Source: Gnetum montanum
Taxonomy: Eukaryota; Plantae; Gnetophyta
DNA: 64,000 nt
Assembly: GCA_015680685.1 (NCBI GenBank)
Contig: MNCI01002198.1
Location: forward strand, 217,775 to 281,774
Direction: 5' to 3'
Under the pieces are notes generated by a model. The model saw only the letters and a program-made list of their open reading frames with translations, ran no database searches and was not told the origin of the DNA. This document shows, piece by piece, positions 27,371 through 39,261 of this stretch. Positions within the stretch are counted from its first letter, which is position 1. Every line of letters begins with the position of its first letter. The position numbers were made by a program, and so were the translations under genes.

Positions 27371-29113
27371 ATAATACCCTACTAACTTAGGATAAGATAG
27401 GAGGTATTCAATATTTGTAGTTTGATTTTAAATTTATCTCATTCAATAAGAAAATCCATTGAATCTTTTTAATTTTTTTCATCATCATGTTATCTATATG
27501 AAATTACTAGTTGTATGCTAAAAAAAAGTGGCTTATTGATTTTCCATATTCGTATATATTTTTTTTGCTACATTTATTTGTAAGATAAAATATAGTTTCA
27601 TTCCTCCCTCTATTCTATGTTGTACATATGCATCCAACTTATAAGTGAATAAGCACTTCAATTCTAGATATTTATAATGTTTTATAACCTACATTATATT
27701 AACTAAAAAACTAAAATCATCTATATGTTTTCTATTAGTACATATCCTGACGTTAGTCTTCTCAATATTTACTTCCTTTCCAAATTTGCTACACAAAATT
27801 TATATAGATTGTAGTCCTTCCATTTTTTTTAAAAAAAGAGAGAGAAAGATCAAAGGCACACTATCTTCTAAAGAAATTGTACATGGTTACTTATGTAGAG
27901 CCAATAAAAATTGAATACCTTATGAGTAGGTTCTATATTCAATGTTAAAGTTCATTAACAAGATACCAAACAAAATGGGATAAAATAAACATTCTTATTT
28001 AACATCAAGTTACTCACCCACAATGTTTGCATCCTCGCATCATGTAACATTTTTACTTTGATTCTTTCCTACAACTTTTAGATTGCATAAACTAACTCTT
28101 ATAATGTTAAAAATTCTTAAGTTAAATATAAATATTTGAATAAAAGTTTAATGTAAACAAATTAAATAAACCAAAGAACTAAAGGAACACAAAAGTCTCA
28201 ATTTAACAAAATATATTGCATTATCCATAACTTGCATATTATCTTTTTTAAGACTTTTTCAAATCATACTACTAGTAGATTGGTAATGCATTTCTTAAAA
28301 TAAAAGAATAAATTATATTCACGACGTATAAAATACAAGTATGATTGGCCTTGTATCTACATAATTCGTATCTCAATGAAGATTTTGTAGTAAATAGTAA
28401 GAGTTCACTTTATGCCATTCCTTAAAAGAAGCAGGCCTCTTCAATCGTGGACTTCTTCTAGGGTTACAAGCAGCATCAATGTTGGGCTTGAGTAACGGAC
28501 AGTTATTGTCGAGAGGTTCTTTGAACAATCACTTTTTTGAGTGGCGCCATATAGGGTTACAAAACTTTCACACGCTGGTTGTCATCACAGTGAGCTGTAA
28601 TAGTGAGCTACGTAGACTTCCTCAATAAGGTCTCTTCTGCCTGTTGCTGCCAGCAGTCAGTCAGAGAATCAACAAACAAAATATGCCCAGGAATCAAATG
28701 GTCGTGTCAAAACCCATTACATTTTTGTGGGGTTCGAATCCCTAATCACACACACAAAAGTGATAGCAATCATCAAGAGATCAAAGTGGTGGACAGAAGA
28801 TTGAAAACGAATCTGCATGCAATGACGCCATGGGAAGGCTGTGGATAAAAATTGAAAGGCAAGAATGCAGTTGGACACTGGAATCTAGGCTTTCCTCTAA
28901 GGAGAATGCGTTATCTGGTGTTGGTTCTGCGTCTTTTCTGATATGGAAATCTACAACAGTGACGCCCTTCGTTACTGTCCGCCAACACATGGAAACTGTG
29001 TCGACATATTTAATTTTCTAGGTAGAAGTCCATGTAGTGCAAGATATTAAGCTTCACCAGTTGTTCACAAAACCCTCTCTCTTTCTCTGTTCACAGCCAT
29101 AGCAATCTCTCTC

Positions 29114-29121
29114 TATATATA
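29114..29121 (+). promoter_or_regulatory. Candidate TATA box of a Pol II non-coding transcript
   Basis: TATATATA preceded by CT-rich tracts (29074-29113), about 100 bp upstream of the hairpin, inside a CpG-retaining unique island. Confidence 0.5.
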
Positions 29122-29220
29122 CATATATTCATATTGAGAAGGCAATGTGCCAAGCAAAAGCAAACCAGAGCACAGCAAAGACTGGTGGTCGCTGAGCTGA
29201 TTAACGTTAGATTTTGGAAT

Positions 29221-29321
29221 GGGGAGTAAAGCAGTTGCAAGGATAACACCGGCTGCTGCTTCATGGGGTGGTATGATGACGGAAGTCATGCCGGTGTTAT
29301 TCTTGTGACGGCTTTGCTTCC
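29221..29321 (+). ncRNA. Candidate microRNA precursor hairpin (family not recognised)
   Basis: 29222-29253 pairs with 29290-29321 over 32 positions: 26 Watson-Crick, 5 G:U and 1 mismatch. The 36-nt loop region has further gcttc/gaagt pairing. Non-repetitive context downstream of a TATA box. Confidence 0.7.
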
Positions 29322-29424
29322 AAGCTCTAGTGTTGATATTATGACGGAATTCATGCTGCTGTTATTCTTGCTATGGCCTTACTCGCCGGTCCGCATATTC
29401 TTCCTCAGCTATAATGTTGATAGT
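29276..29424 (+). repeat. Imperfect tandem duplication (65-bp offset) of the hairpin 3' arm
   Basis: atgacggaagtcatgccggtgttattcttg (29276) versus atgacggaattcatgctgctgttattcttg (29341); agctctagtgttgata versus agctataatgttgata. Confidence 0.85.
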
Positions 29425-29623
29425 TGCTTTAGGTAAATTGATTTCCACGTTATCTTTTCTCCCTGCATCTTATCAAAATGAAGATTATGATTATCTACAT
29501 GAGAGGAGACTGTAATTGTAGTTTGGAATTCTTTTACTCTTGCCGTCTTGTAATATTTATGCATATTGGTTTAGTTTTTTTAATACGCTCTCACCTTTTG
29601 TAATCTTAATGGCTTTAACCGCA

Positions 29624-29700
29624 GAGGGATGTAGCGTAGTAGCCCTCAGGAGCGTCATCTCTCAGAAGTGTGGTTGTGGGTTTGATACTTTGATACATGT
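29624..29700 (+). mobile_element. Possible decayed tRNA-derived SINE head
   Basis: gggatgtagcgtagtag (A-box-like) and gggtttgatact (B-box-like) at tRNA-like spacing. Confidence 0.35.
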
Positions 29701-30530
29701 CTGTATTTACAGGTACATTACACTTACCCTGTGATGCAACACTCTTACAATCTACTAACTCTAAATTTCCTTCTTAAAACATCCTACAAACTTCTAATTT
29801 ATAAAGCACACAAGACAACATAATTAGACAACCTTGCCTTTTAGGTTCTGCCTCCACCACAGAAGCATGTACTAATGTATCATTACCATGAGTGTTCTTT
29901 GTTGTTTAACTTGTGTCCAATGGTTAGGCCATTTCCCTATTAGGTAAAATGTTGTATTTTATTATTCTTTTAATCTTAGATTTCAAAAAATGAATAATAA
30001 TTTTTTACAAAAATTTGTAGTACCTTAGATCAATAACATAGAAGAGAAACTCTAAAAAGAAGTCCCATAATTTTGAAATGCCTTTTCAAGTATTTTTTTT
30101 CATTACAACTAGTCTTGAAAAATTGTCTAAAGTAAGAAAAGAATCAGATCTTTCTTATATTCAAAAATGCTTTCATAAGTTTCCATTTTCTAGTAAAAGG
30201 TTTATTGTAAAAAAACAAAAAAGGAAAAAACTCTCTGTAAATACCTAAGAAAGCATCAATCAAAAATAATAAACAAATAGCAATAGAAGCTAAAAGCTTC
30301 TCCAACTTGAGGATCAAAAACATGCTGTGCAATTGGACACTTAAAAAACAAAAAAAAAAAAAAAAGAAGATTTGAGCAAATGAGCCTTTATGTAAAAAAG
30401 GAGGACATGGAAAAGAAACAATTTCTACTTACCTCTACTAAAACCCCTTAGATCTATCGGATTAGTTCAAAATTTTTTAGATATTTTTTATTTTAAAAAA
30501 CTTATCACTCATTCATGTCTATTAAAATTA

Positions 30531-33500
30531 AATATCCCTACAACATCTCTTTCATCCTTCAAAAAGTGAACTCATGTAAATAAGAAAGTAGGGGTTGAAG
30601 TGATCACCTACTCAGCAAGTTTGATGTCATGGACTCATACAACATCATCCATGAACTAATCCTCCCAATGGATTAAGTACTCATGCCTCTTGACTCCTTG
30701 AGTACTAGAACAATCCCTTGAGTATGAGTACCTTCTTTTTCATTGAATGCTTGGACTAATCAATAGCCCCTTTCAACTCATCAATGCTTCCGTGTATGGT
30801 CTTCTCATCAACAAGTCCATGATAGTACATAACATCTAAAATATTGAACAAAAAATACATACCATCATCATTTGGTAAATCAACTTCAAAAGCATTATCA
30901 TTGATCTTGGCCTTACTTTTTAAAGGTCCCATCTTCTTGGCTTTCAACTTGGAGAAGTTAACATCTCTCAACTACTTCTTTTTCAAGTGCACTGAAACTA
31001 AGTTACCTACAGCAACATTTGACTTCTGTTTACCCTCATTCCTCTTAAGAACTCCCTCTTTAGCCTTCTTCTCAAAATTTAATTTTAGATGTGCATGGAG
31101 ATCCCTCATCTCTTGCACAAAATTAGCACTAAGTTGAGCTTCTCCATCAAAGATCCTTAATGTATCCATCATCTTAGGACAAAAATCATAATTCACCTCA
31201 AATGGACTTTTACTAATAGCAACATGACAAGCATTATTGTATAAAAAATCAGCATGACACAACAAGTTTTCCCACTTGTTTGGTTGTCCATCACACAAAC
31301 ATCTCAATATGCTCAATAGGGATTTATTCATCACCTTTGTTTGGCCATCATATTGTGGATGATATGCACTAGAAAAATTCAATTTTATCCCAAATTTTAT
31401 TCATAGCCTCTATTTGGCCATTATATTATGGATGAAATGCACTAGAAAAAAATCAGTTTTATCCCTAACATGTTCACAAGGGACCTCCAAAAGTGGTTTG
31501 TGAAATTGGAGTTTTTGTCACTACCAATATTTAAAGGAATTCCATGCAACTTCACAACATGCTAGAAAAATAAATTTGCAACATTAGAAGAATCACTCAT
31601 CTTTTTGCAAAGAATGATGTGTGTTCTCTTAGAAAATCTATCTACAACAATAAGAATTGCATCATTCCCACTCTTGGTTTTTCGAATACCACTTACAAAA
31701 TCCATAGACACACTTTCCTATGGACCCTTGGGAATTGATAAAGGCATGTAATATCCATCCACTCCTTTACCTTCTTTTAATTTCTAACAAGTCAAACAAT
31801 CCTTAAATTTTGAAACTTCAATTACCATATTAGGCTAAAAATAATGCCTACCCATAAGTTCCAATGTTTTATTCTTACCCATGTAACCTACCATACTACT
31901 ACAATGCTTTTCAATTTTTTTTCCTAAAATCACAATTAGAAATAGATACTTTTTTATTCTTAAATAATAGTTAATCTTGAATATGATAATTCCTTCACTA
32001 GTGTACCCTACTCAAAAATGGCTCCTTAAGGCTCCTTCAAACCTATCCAAAATTAACATCATACTCATACAAAATAATAAAATCACCCATACCTTCCACA
32101 TGAGGTACACTGAAATTCACCACATGTACCCTATACAATGCATTAACCACCACATTGTCTTTTTCACTTTTGTATTTCAACACAGAATTAAATTCTTGTA
32201 ACTATGTAATCGACTTCATGTGCATTACACTCAACTTTCTTTTGAGAATTTAGAAACTGTAGTGCTCTATGGTTTTCATCAAAGTGAACTCCTTGAGAAA
32301 TAATTAATGTCTCTAATGCTTAATTTCTTAAAAAATAATATACAAATCCTAGTCATATATGTTGTAATTTTACCTTAACTCATTTAACTTTTTAGAAAAG
32401 AAATCAATGGGCCTACCTTCTTGTAAAAGTACCCCACCAATGAAATGTCCACTTGCATCCACCTCCACTTGAAAAAGCTTATGAAAATCTGGAATTGCAA
32501 GCACTATTTCACTAGTGATTCTTTCTTTTAACAAGTCAAAAGCTCCCTTGGGTTTCATTATCCCACTTGAAATTTTTATTTTTCTTAAACAAAGAAAACT
32601 TAGACCATGAAATACCACTAAAAGTTTTTATGAACCATCTATAAAGCCTTGCTAAACTAAGAAATAATCTTATCTACCCAACATTCTTAGGAGTTGGCCA
32701 ATCCCTAATAGCCTTCAACTTGGTAGCTTCCATCCAAATTTGGTTTTTAGAAACCACATGTTCCAAATATGTGATTTCTCTCTTGAAAAAAAAAAGACTT
32801 TTCTTTACATTGATTAATAACTTTGCCTCTTCTAACCTAAGACACACCATCCACAAGTGATCTAAGTGCTCTTTCTCATTAGAGCTATATACCAATATAT
32901 TATCAAAAAATGCATACAACACTTACTAGTCAAGTTCTTCAATACATCATGTATCAATCTCACGAATGTAGTAGGTGCATTCATGATCCAAAATGGCATC
33001 ATCAACTACTTAAATAGTCCATCTGGTTTCTTAAAAGTTATCTTTCATTCAACACTAGGCCTAATTCTAATTTGATGGTAACCACATTTTAAATAAGATT
33101 TGCTAAAAACCTCTACATTGGTAAGGACATCAATGATATCATCTATCCTTGAAATAGGAAACCTGTGCCTCATTATTATCCTATTTCCTACCCTAAAATT
33201 AAGATACATCCTCCATTCATTGCGATCCTTCTTTGGCACTGGCATTGATGGAACTACATAAGGTCAAATGGATTCCCTCACAAATCCATTTGCAAGTAAC
33301 TTCTCTATTTATCTTTATAATTCTACTAGTTTATTTAGTGACATTCAATAAGCTCTCTCATTTGGAATGGTAGCACCAGGGATGAAATCAATCTCATGTT
33401 ATATATTCCTCATTGGTTGCAATCCATCCAATTCGCCATTGAAAACCTTGGAAAATTTCTCCTTCAAGTCTAGCACACCTATAGGAATTTGAATCTGCAC

Positions 33501-36260
33501 ATCATCATGATTAGAATCAACTATTGATAAAACAACAAATCTAAAACATATTTCATCATGTTCCTTAATGTATTCCCTCACTTTGAAAAGGATTAAGGAA
33601 GCATTAAGTGAGTTTTTCTACCTCAATTATTCAACTATCATGGGAATTAACTCATGGATTCCATCAAATCTAGCTACACTCCACATATTTCTTAATTCAT
33701 CAAATTGAGCACAACTATTAAAATTCCAAGCTCTACCAAGAATTACATTAACACAATCTATTAGAAGCATATCACACTTCACAACATCATGCAAACTTTC
33801 AATTTTAAATTTCAAAGTACATTATCTTCTCACCTCTTAAGAGAAATCTCTAGATAACCAATGCACCTTATAGGATCTAGGAGGATTAGTTACCAAACCT
33901 AATCTAACAATTTTCATAAAAGAAATAACAATTTCTTTGGTCTTCCATCAATTAGAACATGAATCTACCCTCCACTAGGATTTAATTTAGAAACTTACTT
34001 AATCTTGGAAGTGTTAGGATTATCTCTCTAAAGAGCTTGTCTTGATGTCTTATCCACCTCCATGATTTGTACATCTTTTCCCTTAGTTTCCTTGTGAAGT
34101 GGAAATTTCCATTTCTTTTGTCCCCATTCTTTACATTTGAAGCATTGAATCTTGGATAAGCTACTACCTTGATCTTGTCCTTTGTTACATTTTTCCTTCT
34201 TGTCTTTGTCCTTCTCATCTTCCTTCTTTGTCTTTGTCTTTAGATTTGGACTTGGATCCCTTCCCAGATTTGGATTCCTTATCCTTCCCCTTAGAGGTTT
34301 GTTGTCTCTTATTTCTGAATTTTCTTATTTTTTTTAGCCTTAAGTGTAAAACTATAAGCCTCATTAATAGTTTGTGGCTTATAGAATGACAAATCCTATT
34401 GATATGTCATTTTGAGAGCTCCTAAAGTGATTGAATCTTATTTGTACTCCTCCTAGTTTACCTTAGCTTGATGGAATAAATCATAAAATTTGATGTAGCA
34501 TTTTTTGACATACTTGTCACCTTGCCTTCGGAATTTCAACTTCATGATAGTCTCTTATCTGTAACAATGTTGTTCAAATTTTTTTCTCAACCTATATTTC
34601 ATTAAGTTCTAATATCTTATGGGTTGACCATTTTATCTTTCATAACCTTGTGACTTCTTTACCCACTAATTAGAAGCCATACCTTCTAATATGGACTTAG
34701 CAATAGGTGCCCTCAAGTTATTTGTTACATCTTCCAATTCAAAGTGCTTGTCAAGTACCTTTAGCTAGCTTTAAAAAGCATCGGTTCCATCTACACTATT
34801 GAAATTCTTCAACTTATCATATGGAAGTATTCCAACATTTTTGAATACTCTATCAAGCCTTACCTCATCTTCCTCATCTAGCTTTTTAGGAGAAGAAATA
34901 GTTTCCACTATTGAAGCCTTAGCAATTTTCATCTAAGGAATAGAATTTCCCTCCCCCCATTGGAATCCTTAGCTAATGGGTTCCTAAATTTTCATAATTG
35001 GATTATCCTTCTTCATCATCTACTCCATATCCACCAAGATGTAAAAATTCTTCATTTTAATGTGAATGCTAATCATCTCTATGTGTCTACATTTGGCTGG
35101 GACTAAAATTTTTGTCTATGTTTGCACTAATTTCATCCAATTGAGCAACCATCAATTAAAAGGTAGATTTCATGCTCTTCATGTCTCTGTTTAGGGCTTG
35201 CACCTATTTCTTCTTAGGTATAATCTAAATTAAGAAAATTCTCAAAACATGTTTAAGTAACAATTAGCACTAAGCTTTGATACCAATAATTAGCTAGAGC
35301 AAGTTTACTTCAATATTAAATCATATTTCAATACCAAATCTACATATTATAAAAAGATAATTAATTTGCTAGAAAATAAGAAAACTAGTTATTTGCAATT
35401 ATTGAAAGAGAATATTACAATTGGGTTCCACAACCCATAAAACATCCAAAACCTCTCAAAACACTCAAACAATACTATAGAGCATGAGTCTCTACAACCA
35501 CACAATGGTTATTTTTAATGCAAGATACAACCACTAAAGAATCTCTCCCACAACCTAGAACTGAGACTCAACTCACAAATAAGACCAAAATACATAGGCC
35601 AATACATGACATAATTGATCTTGGATTTGAAACCACATATGTACTCACTTAATTTGCTCTTTCACATTCTTGCTCAAGCTGAACACACAAACTAACATGA
35701 CATATCATCTCTTCATGATATAAGCATGACATACAGTTCATGTTTATTAACCAAGTAAGATAAAAACCCTAGGAAATATTTCTCAACCTTAACTTAAAGA
35801 TCTTCTACTATTTCCATCTTTTTTTCCCATATTTCAACTATTTCCAAACTTAGAATAATAATTCTAGACATTTTCCTATCCCTTCAAGTTGTCTCTAGTC
35901 TTTCTAAGATGTCTTATTGTCAAACTAACAATTTTGGGAAGATGTATCACTTATGGATGAGACGTTTCCTATTGTAGTTGAGATATCTCAGTCCATCCTA
36001 AGACATCTCATCATTTTGTGAGGCATCTTAGAAACATATGAGATGTCTTTTGTGTTTTTAGATATCTCATCTAAGATGTCTATCGATAATCTCAAGATGT
36101 CTTTTGTAAGCTCTCAACTTGGCCTAGATGTCTATCTTGAAAGCCTAGATCTCACACAAGATGACTCCATGATCTTTAAGATATCTTCATGAAGTCTAAA
36201 ACCTACAAAATCCACATGTATAAAAAAACCAAGAATATTGGAAGAGGTATTCCTAAACCA
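30531..36260 (-). mobile_element. Decayed near-full-length Ty3/Gypsy chromovirus (gag-PR-RT-RH-INT-chromodomain); 3' LTR almost entirely deleted
   Basis: RT 'PVPKKDRNEWRMYLNFR' (33045-33245) and 'FFDNILVYS' (32674-32922), RH 'FQVEVDASGHFIGGVL' (32370-32618), INT 'FSSAYHPQYDGQTKV' (30972-31382), protease 'VILGRAW' (33627-33815). PBS tggtatcaaagc at about 35274-35285 and 5' LTR at 35287-36260. After the PPT only about 14 bp of LTR remain (30531-30545). Confidence 0.93.
35287..36260 (-). repeat. 5' LTR of the chromovirus
   Basis: Adjacent to the iMet PBS and homologous to 15154-16175. Confidence 0.8.
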
Positions 36261-38600
36261 TAATGCCAACATTTGTAGCCACAAGTGCATTAGCATTTGC
36301 AAAACAAGTCTTCACAATCCCAATAAAATTTTCATTAAAACCATATTTGCAAAGATAAATAATAATAAACTATCATTCAATTATATTGTATGCTTTAGCA
36401 TAATAAAGCTTCAAAAAAATAATGTCTTGATTCGAATCCTTTGCCTACTATATACCCTTCTAAGATGTCATAACGGTATCTAGAATATATCTCCCTTTGA
36501 AAAATCCAGTTTGCACTAGAGTAATTAAGTAAGGAATAATTTGTTTTAATCTTCTAGTAAGATATTTTGCCAAAATTTTATAAAAAAAATTTAGAAGTGT
36601 AATAGGACATCAATTACCAATCTAAGAAAGGTCATCATCCTTAGGAATAAATCTAATGACTTCTCTATTTAGCTCTTGACCAAGATAATGTTGTTTAATG
36701 GCTTCAGCAAAAGCATAATAAAGGTCCATATCAACAACATCCAAATGATTTTTAAAAAATTCCATGAGAATTCCATCAAAACATGGAGCTTTATCATTGG
36801 CCAAGCTAAACGCTACATCTTTGATTTTAGTGAGAGAGATATCTTATTTAAGAATATGGTTGTGACTACCATGAACAATATTAGATAAATGATCAAAATT
36901 AGAGAGAAAATATACATGATCAAAACCGTCTAAGATAAATACACATTAAAAATATCTTTCAATAAAATCATTAATAATAAGAGGATCAAAACTAATTTAA
37001 CCATCAAATTTCATGAAGTTAATAATAGGTAAATTATCTTTTTCTTTTAATAATTTAAAAAATTATTTACATGGTTCTCCCTCTACTTTCAATAGTTGAG
37101 ATGAATCTTGATGAAAGCACTCTTAGCATTATGAATATCTCATTTTTATTTGATTGAGCAAACATAAGCAAGTTTTTTTTTGGAACATTAATATTAAAGG
37201 AACCATTAAGTAAAGCAGTATTGATTTGTTGAATTTCATCACAAAATTTTTCTCAGTCTTCCTTTGTCTCTTGGCATATTGCTTACCTAACCAAAATCAT
37301 TGACAACTTTTGTTTAAAGCCTATTAATAAGACCTTGGATATTTCATGAAAAGATTAACATAGTGTGGAGGGGAAGAAGACCCTTACCTTATTAGTAGAA
37401 TCAACATTCTTGAAAGAAATTATCTTTATATCTTAATCAATATTTGTAAAAAAATTAGTAGTAATTAAAATATCTTGAACATGATGACCATTCTAATGAT
37501 TTAGTATATATTCATCAATAGATAGATGTCCTCAACATTTTTTATTATTAAAAATCATTTGAAAATCATCTGAATCAACAATAGGATTCTATGAAATCTT
37601 AAGAGCATATATTTGTTTCCCCTTTATTATTAAAGAATTTTTTGAAATTGATTTCATTAGAATCTTTTTTAAATATACATTTTGTTAAATAGTAGTAAAA
37701 GAAAGGGGTGGGCTAAATATTGAAATATCAATAGAAGAAATCATCGCAAGATTTTCAGTATCTATAGAAAAAACCTTAGAAGAATCTTTAACATTAGTAG
37801 AAGAAACCTTAGTAGCATTTATAGCAGCTTGTTGCTAACATGCTTGCATTGCCTTTTTTTGTAGAATAAAAGGACATGAATCAAACATATGACCCTCATA
37901 ATTATAATTATGACATGACTTTAGAAGATTATAATAAATAACCTTTTGTGCATAATCAATTCCACCAGCATGCAAAAGAATTTCTACCTGAAGTGAATCT
38001 AGATCTATTTTAATTATATATTGAATTTTCCAAAAATAACTAGCTATATTGAGAGTTTTGGAATGCTTGATTGCCCCAATGTGAGAGAGAATATCTCATT
38101 CAAATTTTTTAAAAATTAATGGAGGATTCAGTAGTTCAATAAAATAGAAACCTTTTCCAATTTAGGAGATGCTAGATTAGAAAAGGAAGTCTAATTTTAA
38201 ATAATTAATCAATGATGATTGAAAACATCGATATTAAGGGCCTTAGAAACCATCAACAAATTAACAAATTTTAGTAGCAAAAATGAGTTTGAAAAATAAC
38301 AAGTAGAGATACTATCTAAATGTCAATCTTTCCAAACCAAATTTAAATTATTTAAAAAACTCAATAAAAGATGTAAATAACCCATAATTTTCATGAAAAC
38401 ATACATTCCAAAAATTTCTAGAGTAATAGATTCATATAAATCATTAGAAAATTTGTAGAAAGGAAAAGAAGTGGTGGTTTTTCTTGAAGGATTACCAATT
38501 GAATCTAGTGACATTATACATAATATCAATGCCAAAACCCTTGCTACCTCAAATCAATATAAAAACCCTCATTTTTGGAACACTTCCATTTATAGACTTT
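36261..38600 (-). mobile_element. Decayed L1-clade LINE (ORF1 zinc knuckle and ORF2 RT N-terminus), interrupted by the chromovirus
   Basis: 'MANDKAPCFDGILMEFFK...IRFIPK' (36622-36804), 'LDFSK' near 36500, 'IVKTCFANANA' near 36290-36320, and a C..x...GH....C knuckle at about 37873-37917. Confidence 0.78.
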
Positions 38601-38799
38601 GACAAATAGCAAGTTAGTGAAATTACACCAAGTTTATGGACTTTTTCTTTAGACTCTATCTTTGATCAACCTATTTTCAATAAGATAAGACCTCATAGGA
38701 GGTATTGTATATGTAATTTATCATTTAGGTTCTACCATTCCTTTAATGTATCATGTAAGCTAAATATCTCATGTATAATATGTACTTGTAACTTTAAAT

Positions 38800-38961
38800 T
38801 TTCTCATCTTATGATGGATATTGGAACTTGAAATAATTGAAACATAGGTACACTACAAGATATAGTCTACATAGAAGTTTATAACTTAGTGTTGCCCACC
38901 AAAATTGAACCCACGACTTAGAGTTTCAAAATCAAGAGTCTTACCACTAGGCCAACATGTC
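38800..38961 (-). mobile_element. tRNA-derived SINE, copy 1
   Basis: Minus strand reads gacatgtTGGCCTAGTGGTaagactcttgattttgaaactctaagtcgtGGGTTCAATTttggtggg (A and B boxes). The body is shared with 48998-49165. Confidence 0.68.
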
Positions 38962-39157
38962 ATTGTTGGATGCTTTTATAATGGGCTACATCTATTATTA
39001 AAATATAAATATACTAAATTTCCTTGTAAAATAACTATTATTTTATGAAGCATATGTTTATTTGCTCTGATATCATCTTAGAGTTTGATTATGTTAATAT
39101 TTCATTGCATTCGTAATATAATGTTGGTGCCACATGATCTTTTACAAGGAGATTAAA

Positions 39158-39261
39158 TTTTTGTAACTAATAGTAATATCAATATCATGAAAATATAATA
39201 TCGTAGCTCTTTTTGTAACTAATAGTGATATCAATATCATGAAAATATAAGATCGTAGTTC
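39158..39261. repeat. 52-bp tandem duplication
   Basis: tttttgtaactaatagt(a/g)atatcaatatcatgaaaatataa(t/g)atcgtag(c/t)tc occurs twice. Confidence 0.9.

Noticed and set aside
28603-29021. ORFs 28603-28848, 28781-28990 and 28830-29021 as a host gene
   Set aside because: They are short and overlapping, with no recognisable domain or exon structure. They are better explained as chance ORFs in a higher-GC promoter region.
29231-29253. Assignment of the hairpin to miR169
   Set aside because: The shared CAAGGAT.AC...CCGG needs indels and several mismatches, which is not enough to name the family.
29870-29915. Short match to 41640-41695 (taatgtatcatta...taccatgagtgttcttt...tttaacttgt)
   Set aside because: The similarity is real, but it is too short and unbounded to define an element; probably a fragment of an old dispersed repeat.
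38885-38961. Functional tRNA gene
   Set aside because: A and B boxes are present, but the acceptor and T stems do not pair cleanly and the downstream body is shared with a second copy, so a SINE fits better.
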